A DNA stretch of 64,000 bases from an uncultured delta proteobacterium. Its GTDB lineage: Bacteria > Desulfobacterota > Desulfomonilia > Desulfomonilales > Desulfomonilaceae. Numbering within the stretch: position 1 is the first letter of the stretch; every line of letters starts with the position of its first letter. Below the pieces are notes generated by a model. That model was not told the origin of the DNA and did not search any database. It saw only the letters and a list, made by a program, of their open reading frames with translations. Positions 1 to 11,300 of the stretch are shown one piece after another. Location of the stretch: assembly GCA_963789265.1 (NCBI GenBank), contig CAWBKB010000003.1, forward strand, positions 800,001-864,000, given 5' to 3'. The position numbers and the translations under genes were made by a program.

Positions 1-77
1 CCGGTTGCCCAAGAGGCATAAGAATCTAATAGCATAGATCGCTATTGCTGATTGATCCGGATTCTTTAGATCTGGAC

Positions 78-704
78 ATGCAAAGAATAATCGCCCACGA
101 CAAAATCGAAGGCATCATCCTGGCCGCAGGTCTCTCCACCAGAATGGGCACGCCAAAGTTGACTCTTCAAATCGAGGGTGTTCCCCTGATCAGGCACGTG
201 GTGTGTGCTGCATTGGAGTCTCAACTTCGTCGTGTTATTCTGGTTACAGGTCCGCCGGATTCGAGCGTGACGGAAGCTTTAGGCTCTCTGGCGGAAGATG
301 GCCGCTTGCATCGCGTAGTAAATCCCCGTCCTCAGGCAGGGATGGCCTCCTCGATGCGGAAAGGGATCGATTCGCTTGACAACCGAGACGCGGGAGTCAT
401 GATTCTTCTTGGAGATCAGCCGGGCATAACAGGGACTACTATAAACAGATTGCTCGCGTTATTTTTAAGAGAGCAGACAAAGATAGTTGTACCCGTTGTC
501 TTTGGCCGCAAGACCACTCCGGTGATTTTTCCCGCGACCCTTCTCCCTGAATTGGTGAGAGAGACCGGAGACATTGGTGGAAGAAATGTATTGAAACGAC
601 ATGTGGACATAGTTGTCGAATTGGAAGTGGGCCGGGAGTACGACGACACGGATCTGGACACTCCGGAGGACCTGGATACAGCCAGACAAAAGTTCCAAGG
701 TTAG
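78..704 (+). CDS. mocA: Molybdenum cofactor cytidylyltransferase-like nucleotidyltransferase (MocA/YgfJ family)
   Basis: IILAAGLSTRMG..K, LGDQP, GDIGGRNVL and DLDTPED motifs; ATG at 78 preferred over the ORF-track start at 45. Confidence 0.75.
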   Translation: MQRIIAHDKIEGIILAAGLSTRMGTPKLTLQIEGVPLIRHVVCAALESQLRRVILVTGPPDSSVTEALGSLAEDGRLHRVVNPRPQAGMASSMRKGIDSLDNRDAGVMILLGDQPGITGTTINRLLALFLREQTKIVVPVVFGRKTTPVIFPATLLPELVRETGDIGGRNVLKRHVDIVVELEVGREYDDTDLDTPEDLDTARQKFQG

Positions 705-746
705 TATGAAGCAGGGAGCGACGCAATTAATCGGCAAAGACTTTAA

Positions 747-994
747 TGTCATTTTGAGGCCTCGGGCTCAAAGCAATCCCGTCTTTGGTAGGACGGGCAT
801 CTTGCCCGTCACAAACCCGCGGGTGAGGTGTTGTCCCCGTGCGGTTCAGTAGGACCGGCCTCCGTGCCGGTCGCTCGAAAGCGCGGCAAGGACGGCCGCT
901 CTGCGCTCGGATCGGAGTTGGGTCTGACCAATGACCGGCAAGATGCCGGTCCCTCTGATGAAATTGCTTCGTCGTTTCACTCCTCGCAATGACA
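747..994. repeat. Nested palindromic element: outer TGTCATT..AAGCAAT / ATTGCTT..GCAATGACA arms enclosing two inverted pairs of GTAG-type REP hairpins
   Basis: GTAGGACGGGCATCTTGCCCGTC at 788-810 is inverted relative to 933-955; GTAGGACCGGCCTCCGTGCCGGTC at 849-872 has a degenerate partner at 881-904; outer arms at 747-779 and 960-994. Confidence 0.75.
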
Positions 995-1099
995 CGATAG
1001 AGTGATATAGGTCGGGCCGTGACCGACGGGGGCCAGAGGCTGCCCTACAGGATATTGGATAAGGTCAGAAGCAAGACTTGGGGCTAAGGGAATCACGTA

Positions 1100-2848
1100 A
1101 TGAAAATCCGCCTGGCAAAAACCGCGGGTTTCTGCATGGGTGTTCGCCGTGCCGTGGACATGGTGCTCGATCTGCAGCGGGATTCCCCTGCCCTTCCCAT
1201 AGTGACGTACGGCCCTCTGATTCACAATCCTCAAACCTTGGAACTCCTGAGATCGAGAGGCATCTTGGAGGCAGATTCTCTCGACCAGATTGCCGGCGGG
1301 ACCGTAGTCATCAGGGCTCACGGAATTTCCCCGGTAGAACGGCGCGCCCTCGAAGACAAGGGCGTCGGCATAATTGACGCAACCTGTCCACGAGTGGCCC
1401 GCGTTCAAGCAGTAATACGCAAGCACGCGGAAAGAGGTCATTTCTGCGTGATCGTCGGAGACGAAGATCACCCCGAAGTCAGGGGCCTCATGGGGTTTGC
1501 TACCGAGGGAGGCATAGCCGTCGCGTCGTGCGACGGTAGTGGCTTCCTCGACAACCTGCCCACCGACCGGGAGATTTGTGTCGTGGCCCAGACAACTCAA
1601 AACATTGAGACCTTCGACGGAGTTGTCAACCTCATCAAAGGCCGTTGCCGGAACCTGCACGTTTGCAACACCATCTGCGACTCAACCAAGAATCGGCAGG
1701 CAGAAGTAAGCCAGATTGCGCGGCAGGTAGACATCGTGGTGGTGGTGGGCGGAAAGGGATCGGGAAACACTCAAAGATTGGTAAAAGTGGCCCAGGGCCG
1801 GGGAATCCCGGCTCTACACGTGGAAACGGACGAAGACATCCCGTCGCAGGCATTTGTGGGAGTGGGATCGGTTGGCGTAACCGCGGGGGCAAGCACACCG
1901 AATTGGCAGATTCGGCGCGTTACCGACCGACTCAAAGAAATCGGAATGATTCGCACCCCGAGCTTTGTAAAACAGATTCGAAGAATCAGCGACGTGGCGG
2001 TCATGACCTACGTTTGGGCAGCAGTGGCCGGCGGTGGTCTTACAGCAACCTGTTTGGTGCTCCAGAGCCGACAGGTTACATGGCTCCCTTTATCGGTAAC
2101 TATGCTCTTCGTGTTTTCCATGCACTTGCTCAACAGAATCCATGAGAGGACCGGTGCTGTGCGATTCAACACGCCGGAAATAGCCATGTTTTATGCCCGA
2201 CACCGGGGTCTTCTTACTTTGCTTGGCGCTCTTTCTTCGGTTGCTGCGATTGCTCTAGGCTTCTGGATGGGGCTATACGCCGGCCTACTGGTCACCGCGA
2301 TGCTCGTCATGGGTCGCCTGTACACCGTGCCCCTGGTTGCCGCGCCTAGACCCCCATTGCTGAGATGGCGTAGTCTTAAAGATCTACCGGGCTCCAAGAC
2401 CCCTCTTGTCGCACTGGGATGGGCAGCATCCGCGGTGATACTGCCGGTAATAGGCTCGGACAAGAGTCCGCCTTTGCCCGTGACCGCCGTGGCCTTTGTA
2501 TTTGCCGCGGGGATGGTCTTCTGGCGGACGGCTCTTTCCGATTTGCTGGATATTCAAGGGGATCGCATGGTAGGCCGCGAAACCATTCCCATACTAATAG
2601 GTGTCAAAAATACGAGGAGACTACTGCGAGCGTTGCTGGTCTTCCTGGGGCTGTTACTTGCTGCGTCGTCAGCCTCAGGCACAATACCTCCTTTGGGCTT
2701 TTGGCTGGTACTGAATACACTGGTCTTTGGATGTTTTTTCGCGATCTTCCGGAAGCGCCATGTTGTGGACCGCCTCTTTTTTGAAGGAATCGTGGACGGA
2801 AATTTTCTTCTTGCGGGAATTATTTCGATGTTCTATGGAAGCTGGTGA
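1100..2848 (+). CDS. ispH: 4-hydroxy-3-methylbut-2-enyl diphosphate reductase (IspH) fused to a C-terminal UbiA-family membrane prenyltransferase domain
   Basis: AGFCMGV, IHN, IRAHG, DATCP, HPEV, NTICDST and TAGASTP motifs in the first ~285 aa; then a multi-TM domain with DLLDIQGDRMVGRETIP. Confidence 0.9.
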   Translation: MKIRLAKTAGFCMGVRRAVDMVLDLQRDSPALPIVTYGPLIHNPQTLELLRSRGILEADSLDQIAGGTVVIRAHGISPVERRALEDKGVGIIDATCPRVARVQAVIRKHAERGHFCVIVGDEDHPEVRGLMGFATEGGIAVASCDGSGFLDNLPTDREICVVAQTTQNIETFDGVVNLIKGRCRNLHVCNTICDSTKNRQAEVSQIARQVDIVVVVGGKGSGNTQRLVKVAQGRGIPALHVETDEDIPSQAFVGVGSVGVTAGASTPNWQIRRVTDRLKEIGMIRTPSFVKQIRRISDVAVMTYVWAAVAGGGLTATCLVLQSRQVTWLPLSVTMLFVFSMHLLNRIHERTGAVRFNTPEIAMFYARHRGLLTLLGALSSVAAIALGFWMGLYAGLLVTAMLVMGRLYTVPLVAAPRPPLLRWRSLKDLPGSKTPLVALGWAASAVILPVIGSDKSPPLPVTAVAFVFAAGMVFWRTALSDLLDIQGDRMVGRETIPILIGVKNTRRLLRALLVFLGLLLAASSASGTIPPLGFWLVLNTLVFGCFFAIFRKRHVVDRLFFEGIVDGNFLLAGIISMFYGSW

Positions 2849-2866
2849 GGCGAAGGTGAAATTTCC

Positions 2867-2895
2867 TTGACAAACAAGTTCCAGTGTGTTAAACA
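2867..2895 (+). promoter_or_regulatory. Putative sigma70 promoter of the tRNA-tuf operon
   Basis: TTGACA at 2867, 17-bp spacer containing an extended -10 TG, then TAAACA; 25 bp before the first tRNA. Confidence 0.5.
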
Positions 2896-2920
2896 AAATA
2901 GTTTAATAAAGGAGCCTTTT

Positions 2921-2996
2921 GCTGGCGTAGCTCAACCGGTAGAGCAGCTGATTTGTAATCAGCAGGTTGCGGGTTCGAGTCCCATCGCCAGCTCCA
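2921..2996 (+). tRNA. tRNA-Thr(UGU)
   Basis: Cloverleaf, anticodon loop TTTGTAA, GGTTCGAGT T-arm, encoded CCA. Confidence 0.97.
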
Positions 2997-3000
2997 AGAG

Positions 3001-3085
3001 GGAGGGGTTCCCGAGCGGCCAAAGGGGGCAGACTGTAAATCTGTTGGCTCAGCCTTCGGAGGTTCGAATCCTCCCCCCTCCACCA
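3001..3085 (+). tRNA. tRNA-Tyr(GUA)
   Basis: Anticodon loop CTGTAAA, long variable arm, encoded CCA. Confidence 0.97.
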
Positions 3086-3119
3086 TCATGTAGTTCTCAA
3101 ATGGTGGCCGAGGCAAAAT

Positions 3120-3197
<78 letters not shown>

Positions 3198-3290
3198 AGA
3201 TCTCAAACGCGACGCACGAACCGGCGTCTGAGCCCTACGGGATTACCAGATGCCCGCGGCATTCTTTGAGGAAAGTCGCTGCGACACCTT

Positions 3291-3367
3291 GCCCACGTAG
3301 CTCAGTAGGTAGAGCACTTCCTTGGTAAGGAAGAGGTTCACCGGTTCGACCCCGGTCGTGGGCTCCA
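3291..3367 (+). tRNA. tRNA-Thr(GGU)
   Basis: Anticodon loop TTGGTAA, CCA; one apparent extra T in the variable loop; standard thrU-tyrU-glyT-thrT-tuf order. Confidence 0.95.
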
Positions 3368-3481
3368 ATAAACAGTTCACTCCCAGGCCATGCACTAAGA
3401 GGCGGGGAGATTTAAGGTTAAGCTTGTTCTGAATCTGGACCCTGCGAATATTTTGCCGGCATTCTAATTAAGGAGGAGCCC

Positions 3482-4677
3482 ATGGGCAAGGCGAAATTTG
3501 AGCGAACCAAGCCTCACGTGAATGTTGGGACGATAGGTCACATAGATCACGGTAAGACGACGCTGACTGCGGCGATCACGCGGATACTGTCGAAGAAGGG
3601 AATGGCGGAGTATGTACCGTTTGAGGAGATAGACAAGGCGCCCGAGGAGAAGGAGCGCGGTATCACCATAGCCACGGCGCATGTGGAATATCAGACGGAC
3701 AAGCGTCATTATGCGCACGTGGACTGTCCGGGTCATGCCGATTACATCAAGAATATGATAACCGGTGCGGCCCAGATGGACGGGGCAATACTGGTGGTGG
3801 GGGCCAATGACGGTCCGATGCCTCAGACTAGGGAGCATATACTCCTGGCTCGGCAGGTAGGGGTTCCGTTATATAGTGGTCTTTTTGAACAAGACGGACA
3901 TGGTGGACGATCCGGAGCTGATCGAGTTGGTGGAGCTTGAGCTTCGCGAGCTGTTGAGCTCTTATGAATTTCCCGGTGACGACATACCCATTGTAAAGGG
4001 TAGTGCGCTCAAGGCCCTGGAGGCCGGGGATCCTGCCCATCCTGACGCCAAGTGCATACTTGAGCTTATGGATGCGGTGGATTCTTATGTTCCGGTCCCT
4101 GTACGGGAGACGGACAAGCCTTTCTTGATGCCGGTGGAGGATGTGTTCAGCATATCGGGTCGAGGTACAGTGGTGACCGGTAGAGTGGAGCGGGGTCGAA
4201 TAAAGGTGAATGAAGAGGTGGAGATAGTCGGGATACGCGAGACTCGCAAGACGGTCTGTACCGGAGTGGAGATGTTTCGCAAGGTGCTGGATTCGGGTGA
4301 GGCCGGAGACAATGTGGGGCTTCTGCTTACGCGGCATAAAGCGCGACGAGGTGGAGCGCGGTCAGGTAGTGGCCCATCCCGGCTCGATTACCCCTCATAC
4401 GAAGTTCAAGGCCGAGACGTACATCCTGGCCAAGGAGGAAGGCGGTCGGCACACGCCGTTCTTCAACGGGTACCGTCCCCAGTTCTATTTCCGGACCACA
4501 GACGTGACCGGTGTGATAACGCTCCCGGAAGGAGTGGAGATGGTGATGCCGGGGGACAATGTCTCTCTGGAGGGTCATCTGATCACCCCCATTGCCATGG
4601 AAGAGGGCCTGCGCTTTGCCATCAGAGAAGGGGGCAGGACCGTGGGCGCAGGGGTGGTCTCGCAGATCATCGAATAA
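3482..4677 (+). CDS. tuf: Elongation factor Tu, copy 1 (two +1 insertions at ~3870 and 4329, probably sequencing errors)
   Basis: Near-identical to the intact copy at 21131-22324 and exactly 2 nt longer. Confidence 0.95.
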
Positions 4678-4729
4678 CCAATACCGGACTCGTCGCAGCC
4701 GGGGACGGAATTGGCGTGGAGGCGAATAA

Positions 4730-4879
4730 ATGAGAGATATTATTACGTTGGCTTGTACGGAGTGTAAGAGAAGGAATTATTCGACGACCAAGAATAAGAA
4801 GAACACCCCTGACAAGCTTCAGTTCAAGAAGTATTGCAGGTTCTGCCGTTCCCATACAATTCACAGGGAGACCAAGTAA
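4730..4879 (+). CDS. rpmG: 50S ribosomal protein L33 (zinc-ribbon form), 49 aa, not in ORF track
   Basis: [49 protein letters not shown]. Confidence 0.97.
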   Translation: MRDIITLACTECKRRNYSTTKNKKNTPDKLQFKKYCRFCRSHTIHRETK

Positions 4880-4905
4880 GGAGAAGTATGGGAAACATCG
4901 GGTGT

Positions 4906-4981
4906 AGGCCAGTAGCTCAACGGCTAGAGCACCGGTCTCCAAAACCGGGGGTTGGGGGTTCGAATCCCTTCTGGCCTGCCA
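4906..4981 (+). tRNA. tRNA-Trp(CCA)
   Basis: Anticodon loop CTCCAAA, cloverleaf, CCA end; usual position before secE. Confidence 0.97.
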
Positions 4982-5037
4982 CAACCTTCACTTTTGTAAT
5001 CGGTTCTCTGCGGATCGGACCGGAAGATTAGAGACTA

Positions 5038-5247
5038 ATGGAGAAAATAAGAGCTTTTCTAAAAGATGCAGCCCAGTTCTTTCGGGAAGTCAAAATCGAA
5101 CTCCAGAAGGTGACGTTTCCCACCAGGCAGGAGACCGTGGGGTCCACTATTATAGTCTTGATACTCACTGTGATTGTAGCCGTTTATCTTGGTTTCAGCG
5201 ATTGGGCCCTTGCCAAAATTGTCAAAATGCTCCTGCAAGTTGGTTAG
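5038..5247 (+). CDS. secE: Preprotein translocase subunit SecE
   Basis: EVKIELQKVTFP motif followed by one TM helix; synteny. Confidence 0.95.
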   Translation: MEKIRAFLKDAAQFFREVKIELQKVTFPTRQETVGSTIIVLILTVIVAVYLGFSDWALAKIVKMLLQVG

Positions 5248-5282
5248 TTTTCCTGGGCCTGAGGTTCGTAAGGAGGCACCCG

Positions 5283-5813
5283 GTGGCTTTAAGATGGTAC
5301 GTGGTCCACACATATTCCGGATATGAGGGGAAAGTTAAAGCCGCGCTGGAGGAAAAAGTTCGCGGAATGGGGCTGGAGACCAGAATCACGGATGTTCTCA
5401 TCCCTTCGGAATCAGTGGTTGAATTGGTTAAAGGTGAACGAAAGACGTCCAACCGGAAGTTCTACCCTGGTTATATTCTGGTTCACATGGAGCTCGACGA
5501 TCAGACATGGCACGTGGTGAAAAGCACCCCGAAAGTGACAGGGTTCATTGGGTCCCGTACCGAACCCGCGGTGATCCCGGATGAGGATGTTGATCAGATC
5601 AAATCTCAAATGGCCGAGGGCCAGGAGAAACCTAAGCCGAAGTACTCTTTCGAAAAAGGGGACTCCGTTCGAGTGGTTGATGGTCCTTTCATCAATTTCA
5701 ACGGGACAGTGGAAGAAGTGAGGCCCGACAAAGGCAAGCTCAGGGTCCTGGTCAGCATATTCGGCCGACCGACCCCTGTTGAACTGGATTTCATCCAAGT
5801 TACCAAGAACTAG
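5283..5813 (+). CDS. nusG: Transcription termination/antitermination factor NusG
   Basis: [19 protein letters not shown] domain, [14 protein letters not shown] start after AAGGAGG. Confidence 0.97.
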   Translation: MALRWYVVHTYSGYEGKVKAALEEKVRGMGLETRITDVLIPSESVVELVKGERKTSNRKFYPGYILVHMELDDQTWHVVKSTPKVTGFIGSRTEPAVIPDEDVDQIKSQMAEGQEKPKPKYSFEKGDSVRVVDGPFINFNGTVEEVRPDKGKLRVLVSIFGRPTPVELDFIQVTKN

Positions 5814-5900
5814 CTGGGACGCGATCAACCAGAAGATGAGCAATCCTTTCCGGCGGCTTTCGCGGTCAGGGAATGTTTGTCTCCTCTCAGGAGAATTTAG

Positions 5901-6323
5901 ATGGCGAAGAAAGTCATGGCTAACGTGAAGCTTCAAATCCCAGGAGGCGAAGCAAAGCCATCTCCGCCGGTAGGTCCTGCACTAGGACAGCATGGCGTGA
6001 ACATAATGGAATTTTGCAAGGCGTTCAATGCACAGACACAGAACCAGCCCGGAGTGATTATCCCCGTGCTAATTACCGTGTATGCAGATCGCTCATTCAG
6101 CTTCGTGCTGAAAACCCCACCAGCGTCCTATCTTCTAAAAAAGGCGGCAGGACTCGAGAAAGGTTCACCGGAGCCGAATCGTAATAAGGTGGGCCAACTA
6201 ACCATGAGCCAAATCGAAGAGATTGCAAAAATGAAGATGCCCGATCTCAATGCCAAAGATTTGCCGGGAGCCGTCCAAATCATTATGGGTTCCGCGCGAA
6301 GCCTTGGGATCGAGATCGTTTAG
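5901..6323 (+). CDS. rplK: 50S ribosomal protein L11
   Basis: [22 protein letters not shown]. Confidence 0.98.
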   Translation: MAKKVMANVKLQIPGGEAKPSPPVGPALGQHGVNIMEFCKAFNAQTQNQPGVIIPVLITVYADRSFSFVLKTPPASYLLKKAAGLEKGSPEPNRNKVGQLTMSQIEEIAKMKMPDLNAKDLPGAVQIIMGSARSLGIEIV

Positions 6324-6331
6324 GGGGTTAC

Positions 6332-7036
6332 ATGCCTGACCTAAGCAAGAAAAAAATAGGTGCTAGAGCAGCCATCGACCGGTCCAAGAAATACACCCTT
6401 GAAGAAGGACTACAAGCAGTATTGTCGTCATCCTACGCTAAGTTTGACGAGTCGGTGGACGTCGCGGTTAAGCTTGGGGTGGACCCCCGCCACGCGGATC
6501 AGATGGTGCGTGGAACATGCATCTTGCCGCATGGTACCGGAAAAACCGTACGAGTTCTCGTCTTCGCCAAAGGAGAGAAAGAGAAGGAAGCCCTGGACGC
6601 AGGAGCGGACCACGTCGGAGGAGAGGACCTGGCCAAGAAGATCCAGGAAGGGTGGCTCGAATTCGACAAAGCGGTTGCGACTCCGGACATGATGGGCGTG
6701 GTAGGCAAGCTGGGCAAGATTCTCGGCCCCCGCGGCATGATGCCTAACCCCAAAGTGGGCACAGTAACGTTTGATGTGGGGAGGGCCGTGTCCGAACTGA
6801 AGGGGGGCAAGGTCGAATTCAGGGTAGAAAAGGCAGGAATAGTGCACGTGCCGGTGGGGAGAGTTTCCTTCGGCCCCGAGAAACTGGCTGAAAACTTCAA
6901 GAGTCTTATGGAAAGTATCATCCGTTTGAAACCCTCTGCGTCCAAAGGAGTCTATTTAAAAGGTGTCTCGATTTCCACCACTATGGGACCGGGACTGAAG
7001 TTGGATGCTCAGGAGATGCGAAACCTGCTCAAATAG
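6332..7036 (+). CDS. rplA: 50S ribosomal protein L1
   Basis: [22 protein letters not shown]. Confidence 0.98.
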   Translation: MPDLSKKKIGARAAIDRSKKYTLEEGLQAVLSSSYAKFDESVDVAVKLGVDPRHADQMVRGTCILPHGTGKTVRVLVFAKGEKEKEALDAGADHVGGEDLAKKIQEGWLEFDKAVATPDMMGVVGKLGKILGPRGMMPNPKVGTVTFDVGRAVSELKGGKVEFRVEKAGIVHVPVGRVSFGPEKLAENFKSLMESIIRLKPSASKGVYLKGVSISTTMGPGLKLDAQEMRNLLK

Positions 7037-7106
7037 TTAGCTTTGCAAGCTTACATGAGGAAACGTAGGAATAGCTAAAACACAACATTCTTTCATTTGA
7101 AGGCCG

Positions 7107-7223
7107 AGTCGGAGACAGCAGGCGTGCCGTGGGCACTTAATTTAGGCCGGCTTAGACGGGCCGGAAAGGGGTGACGAGACGACTTCTACCCGAATACCCT
7201 CGATTCGCTGCTTTCCTCCGACT
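7107..7223 (+). promoter_or_regulatory. Probable L10 (rplJ) leader autoregulatory RNA
   Basis: AGACAGCAGG...hairpin...CTTAA motif upstream of rplJ; AGTCGGAG (7107-14) can pair with CTCCGACT (7216-23) next to the RBS. Confidence 0.55.
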
Positions 7224-7242
7224 GAAAGGGGGAAACCTTAGG

Positions 7243-7788
7243 TTGAAAAGAGAAGAAAAAGAGAGGCAGGTTGCTTGGCTCCGTGAACACTTTAAGAGTG
7301 CCAAGGCGTTGTTCCTCACCGATTTCCAGGGCCTTAGCGTGGCAGAAACCAATGCTCTAAGGGCCGAGTTGAGAAATCGGGGGGTCGTTTTCAGGGTGCT
7401 TAAAAACACCCTGGTGCGGCTGGCTTATGAGGACACAAATGTGGCGGTCATCGGGCCGGACCTTGCGGGTCCGCGTGCCGCGGCATGGACCGAAACCGGC
7501 GACAATGTTCCCGCGATGGCAAAAGTCTTGGTCGATTTTGCCAAGACCCATCCGAAGCTGGGCCTGATCCGAGGAGTCCTTGACGGCAAACTGGTAGATC
7601 CGTCCGAGATGGAGACATTATCCAGGCTTCCTTCAAGGGAGGTGTTGTTGGGACGAGTCCTCGGGACGATGATGGCTCCTGTCAGCGCCTTTGTCAACAC
7701 TCTTGCAGCGGTGCCTAGATCTTTTCTCAACGTGCTTAAGGCCATTGAGGAACAGAAAAGTGCTCCCGGTGAATCTCCCGTAGGTTGA
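7243..7788 (+). CDS. rplJ: 50S ribosomal protein L10
   Basis: TTG start MKREEK; VLKNTL; LPSREVLL; synteny. Confidence 0.95.
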   Translation: MKREEKERQVAWLREHFKSAKALFLTDFQGLSVAETNALRAELRNRGVVFRVLKNTLVRLAYEDTNVAVIGPDLAGPRAAAWTETGDNVPAMAKVLVDFAKTHPKLGLIRGVLDGKLVDPSEMETLSRLPSREVLLGRVLGTMMAPVSAFVNTLAAVPRSFLNVLKAIEEQKSAPGESPVG

Positions 7789-7841
7789 TTTGCCGCTGGG
7801 TCCCTGTCGTTTTTCCAAAATAGCGAATCGAGGAGGATATC

Positions 7842-8231
7842 ATGGCAGAAGTTACCAAGGAAAATGTCAAAGACTTTATTCGTAACATGTCGGTACTGGA
7901 GTTGAGCCAATTCGTTAAGGAATTGGAAGAAGAGTTCGGGGTTTCTGCAGCGGCGCCCGTTGCCGTTGCCGCGGTCGGCGCGGCGGCGGCTGGTGGAGAA
8001 GCAGCCCCGGCTGAGGAAAAAACCGAATTCGACGTGATCTTGAAAGATTTCGGTGACAAGAAAATCCAGGTCATTAAGGTCGTGCGTTCATTGACCGATC
8101 TGGGTTTGAAGGAAGCCAAAGACCTGGTGGAAGGTGTTCCCAAGCCGGTGAAAGAAGCAATCTCCAAGGAAGACGCTGAGAAAGCCAAAGCCGCTCTTGA
8201 AGAGGTAGGCGCCACGGTGGAGATAGTCTAA
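7842..8231 (+). CDS. rplL: 50S ribosomal protein L7/L12
   Basis: [29 protein letters not shown]. Confidence 0.98.
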   Translation: MAEVTKENVKDFIRNMSVLELSQFVKELEEEFGVSAAAPVAVAAVGAAAAGGEAAPAEEKTEFDVILKDFGDKKIQVIKVVRSLTDLGLKEAKDLVEGVPKPVKEAISKEDAEKAKAALEEVGATVEIV

Positions 8232-8363
8232 GCACCCAGCCTTGTATCAACGGGCCCCAGCCCGGGGATCGGTCGTTCGTTTAGACCGCCCCCGGGCCGA
8301 TGCTCTATGGAACACATCCCGTCAAACTCGCCTTTTAAGATCACCAAAGACCAGAGGGAGAAA

Positions 8364-11300
8364 ATGAGTCCTTTTTCCGTGCACTCTCAGAGGCTCAGGA
8401 AGAATTTTGCACGTATACCGCAAATTGCGGGGATCCCGAACCTGATCGAGATTCAGAAACAATCGTACGACCGGTTCTTGCAAGCCGACGTCCCGCCCGA
8501 AGCGCGCGAAGACATGGGATTGCAAGGGGTTTTTCGGTCGGTTTTCCCCATCAGGGATTTCTCCGATACCGCCTCCCTGGAATTCATCAAATATTCTCTG
8601 GGAGAAGAGAAGTATAACGTCGAAGAGTGTCTCCAAAAAGGGGTCACCTATGCCGTTCCATTGAAGATTACAGTCCAGCTCATTGTCTGGGATGTTGACC
8701 CCGAAACTAATTCACGCACGATACGGGATGTCAAAGAGCAGGAAGTATACTTCGGCGAAATCCCCGTCATGACAGAGAATGGGACTTTCGTCATAAATGG
8801 TACCGAGCGAGTGATTGTTTCTCAACTTCACCGATCCCCCGGTATATTCTTCGATCATGACAAAGGCAAGACTCATGCGAGCGGCAAGCTTCTCTATTCC
8901 GCACGTATTATTCCGCTGCGCGGCTCTTGGATCGATTTTGAGTTCGATCCCAAGGATCGCCTCTACGTACGCATCGACCGGAGGAGAAAGCTTCCTGTTA
9001 CAGTGTTTCTGAAGGCGCTGGGGCACTCCAGCGAGGAGATACTCAATTACTTCTACGACAGGCAGACCATTATTATTTCCCCCGATGGTTTGCGTCGAAA
9101 GCTCGACCTAAAACTCTTGGTAGGAACCGCGGCCCCGGCCGACATCTTCGTAGAAGGCACGGACGACATTCTCGTCCGGAAGAATAAGAAGATCACCCGG
9201 GCTGCTCTCAAGCGTCTGGGCGACAGAAACATTGCCCCGCTGGTGATGAAGAAGGAGGAGCTAGCCGGTAAAGTAGTGGCCCGAGATATCGTGGATGAGG
9301 CGACCGGCGAAGTTGTGGCACCGTGCAACAAAGAAATCGCGCTGGACGAGGTTGACCAGTTCATCGAAGACCTCTCCAATCGTAACATCAAAGCATTCGA
9401 TGCCCTTTTTATCGAAGAGAGAATTGTTTCGTCCTCATTGCGGGACACCCTGCTGGAAGACAAAATTGACGATCGACCAAACCGGGTTATCGAAGATTAC
9501 CGCAAGCAGCATCCGGACGAGCCTACCAGCAATGAGACCCTCAACGCGGAGATAGAGATCTACCGCAGGCTCAGACCCTCCAATCCTGCGACGGTTGATA
9601 TTAGCAATACATTTTTCAACAACTTGTTTTTCAGAAACCGAATATTACGACCTGTCCAGAGTGGGGCGGCTAAAGATCAACCGAAAACTCGGTATTTCAA
9701 TGGAAGAAGCGCCCTTGTTGCTTAGGACGTTGCGCCGCGAGGACATCATGCTCGCGGTCAAATATCTCCTTGAACTCAAAGAAGGTAGACCCGGCCGCGA
9801 CATAGACGACATCGACCACATGGGGAACCGACGCGTTCGATCTGTCGGTGAGTTGCTCGAAAATCAGTACAGAATCGGCCTGGTACGCATGGAGCGAGCC
9901 ATAAAAGAGAGGATGAGCCTCCAAGACGTGGAAACACTCATGCCTCACGATCTGATCAATGCGAAGCCGGTCACGGCCGTGGTGAAGGAATTCTTCGGCT
10001 CGTCTCAACTTTCCCAGTTCATGGATCAGACCAATCCGCTCAGCGAGATCACGCACAAGAGGCGGCTTTCAGCTCTTGGACCGGGCGGCCTGACCCGTGA
10101 AAGGGCCGGATTCGAGGTCCGAGACGTTCATCCCACTCACTACGGCCGGATTTGCCCCATTGAGACACCCGAGGGCCCGAATATCGGCCTCATAGTATCG
10201 CTTTCAACGTACGCCCGGGTCAACGACTTCGGATTCATCGAAACCCCCTACCGCCCGGTCGCCGACCGAAAGGTCGGCAAGGAAATCAGATTTCTGACGG
10301 CGCTCGACGAAGAAGATCACGTCATCGTCCAAGCCAACGCCCAATTGGATAAGGACGGATTTCTTTCATCCGATCTGGTTTCTGTCCGACACAAGGAAGG
10401 CGAGTTCGCGATGGTGAGCGGTTCCGAAGCGGATCTTATGGACGTTTCACCTAACCAGCTCGTTTCGGTGGCCGCATCGCTTATCCCGTTTCTTGAAAAT
10501 GACGATGCCAACCGTGCCCTCATGGGATCCAACATGCAGCGTCAAGCGGTTCCACTCCTTACCACCGAAGCCCCATTAGTGGGCACCGGTATGGAAGAGG
10601 TGGTAGCGACTGATTCCGGTGTAACCGTGGTAGCCAAGCGTGATGGAATTGTGGATTCAGTTGATGCTACGCGCCTGGTGATAAAGGCCACTGACTTCAC
10701 TGAAGGTGATCTGGATCCCGGAGTTGACATTTACAATCTGATCAAATACCAGCGGTCCAACCAGAACACTTGCATCAACCAGCGCCCCATCGTCAAGAAA
10801 GGGGATCGCGTCCCTAAAGGCCAGGTGATAGCGGACGGGCCGGCTACCGAAAAAGGCGAACTTGCTTTAGGCCGGAATGTCCTTGTCGCATTCATGGCCT
10901 GGGGTGGCTACAACTACGAGGACTCCATTCTCGTGAGCGAGAAAGTAGTGCGGGAGGACATTTTTACGTCCATTCACATTGAAGAGTTCGAGGTGATGGC
11001 CCGCGACACTAAACTAGGCAAGGAAGAGATTACAAGGGATATTCCCAATGTCGGAGAGGAGGCCCTGCGCAACCTTGACGAGTCCGGCGTGATTCGGATC
11101 GGGGCTGAAGTAAAACCTGGTGATATCCTGGTTGGTAAGATCACTCCTAAAGGGGAGAATCAACTATCCCCGGAAGAGAAACTCCTTCGTGCGATTTTCG
11201 GTGAGAAAGCCGGAGACGTGAGAGATTCCTCTCTCAGGGTCCCCCCTGGAGTGGAAGGGACGATCATCGGAGCTAGGATCTTCTCCAGGAAAGGAACTGA

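Noticed and set aside
747..994. CRISPR array
   Set aside because: Repeats are inverted, degenerate and irregularly spaced; no cas genes in the window
8260..8297. rplL-rpoB hairpin as an intrinsic terminator
   Set aside because: A GC-rich stem is present but there is no U-tract; function cannot be called
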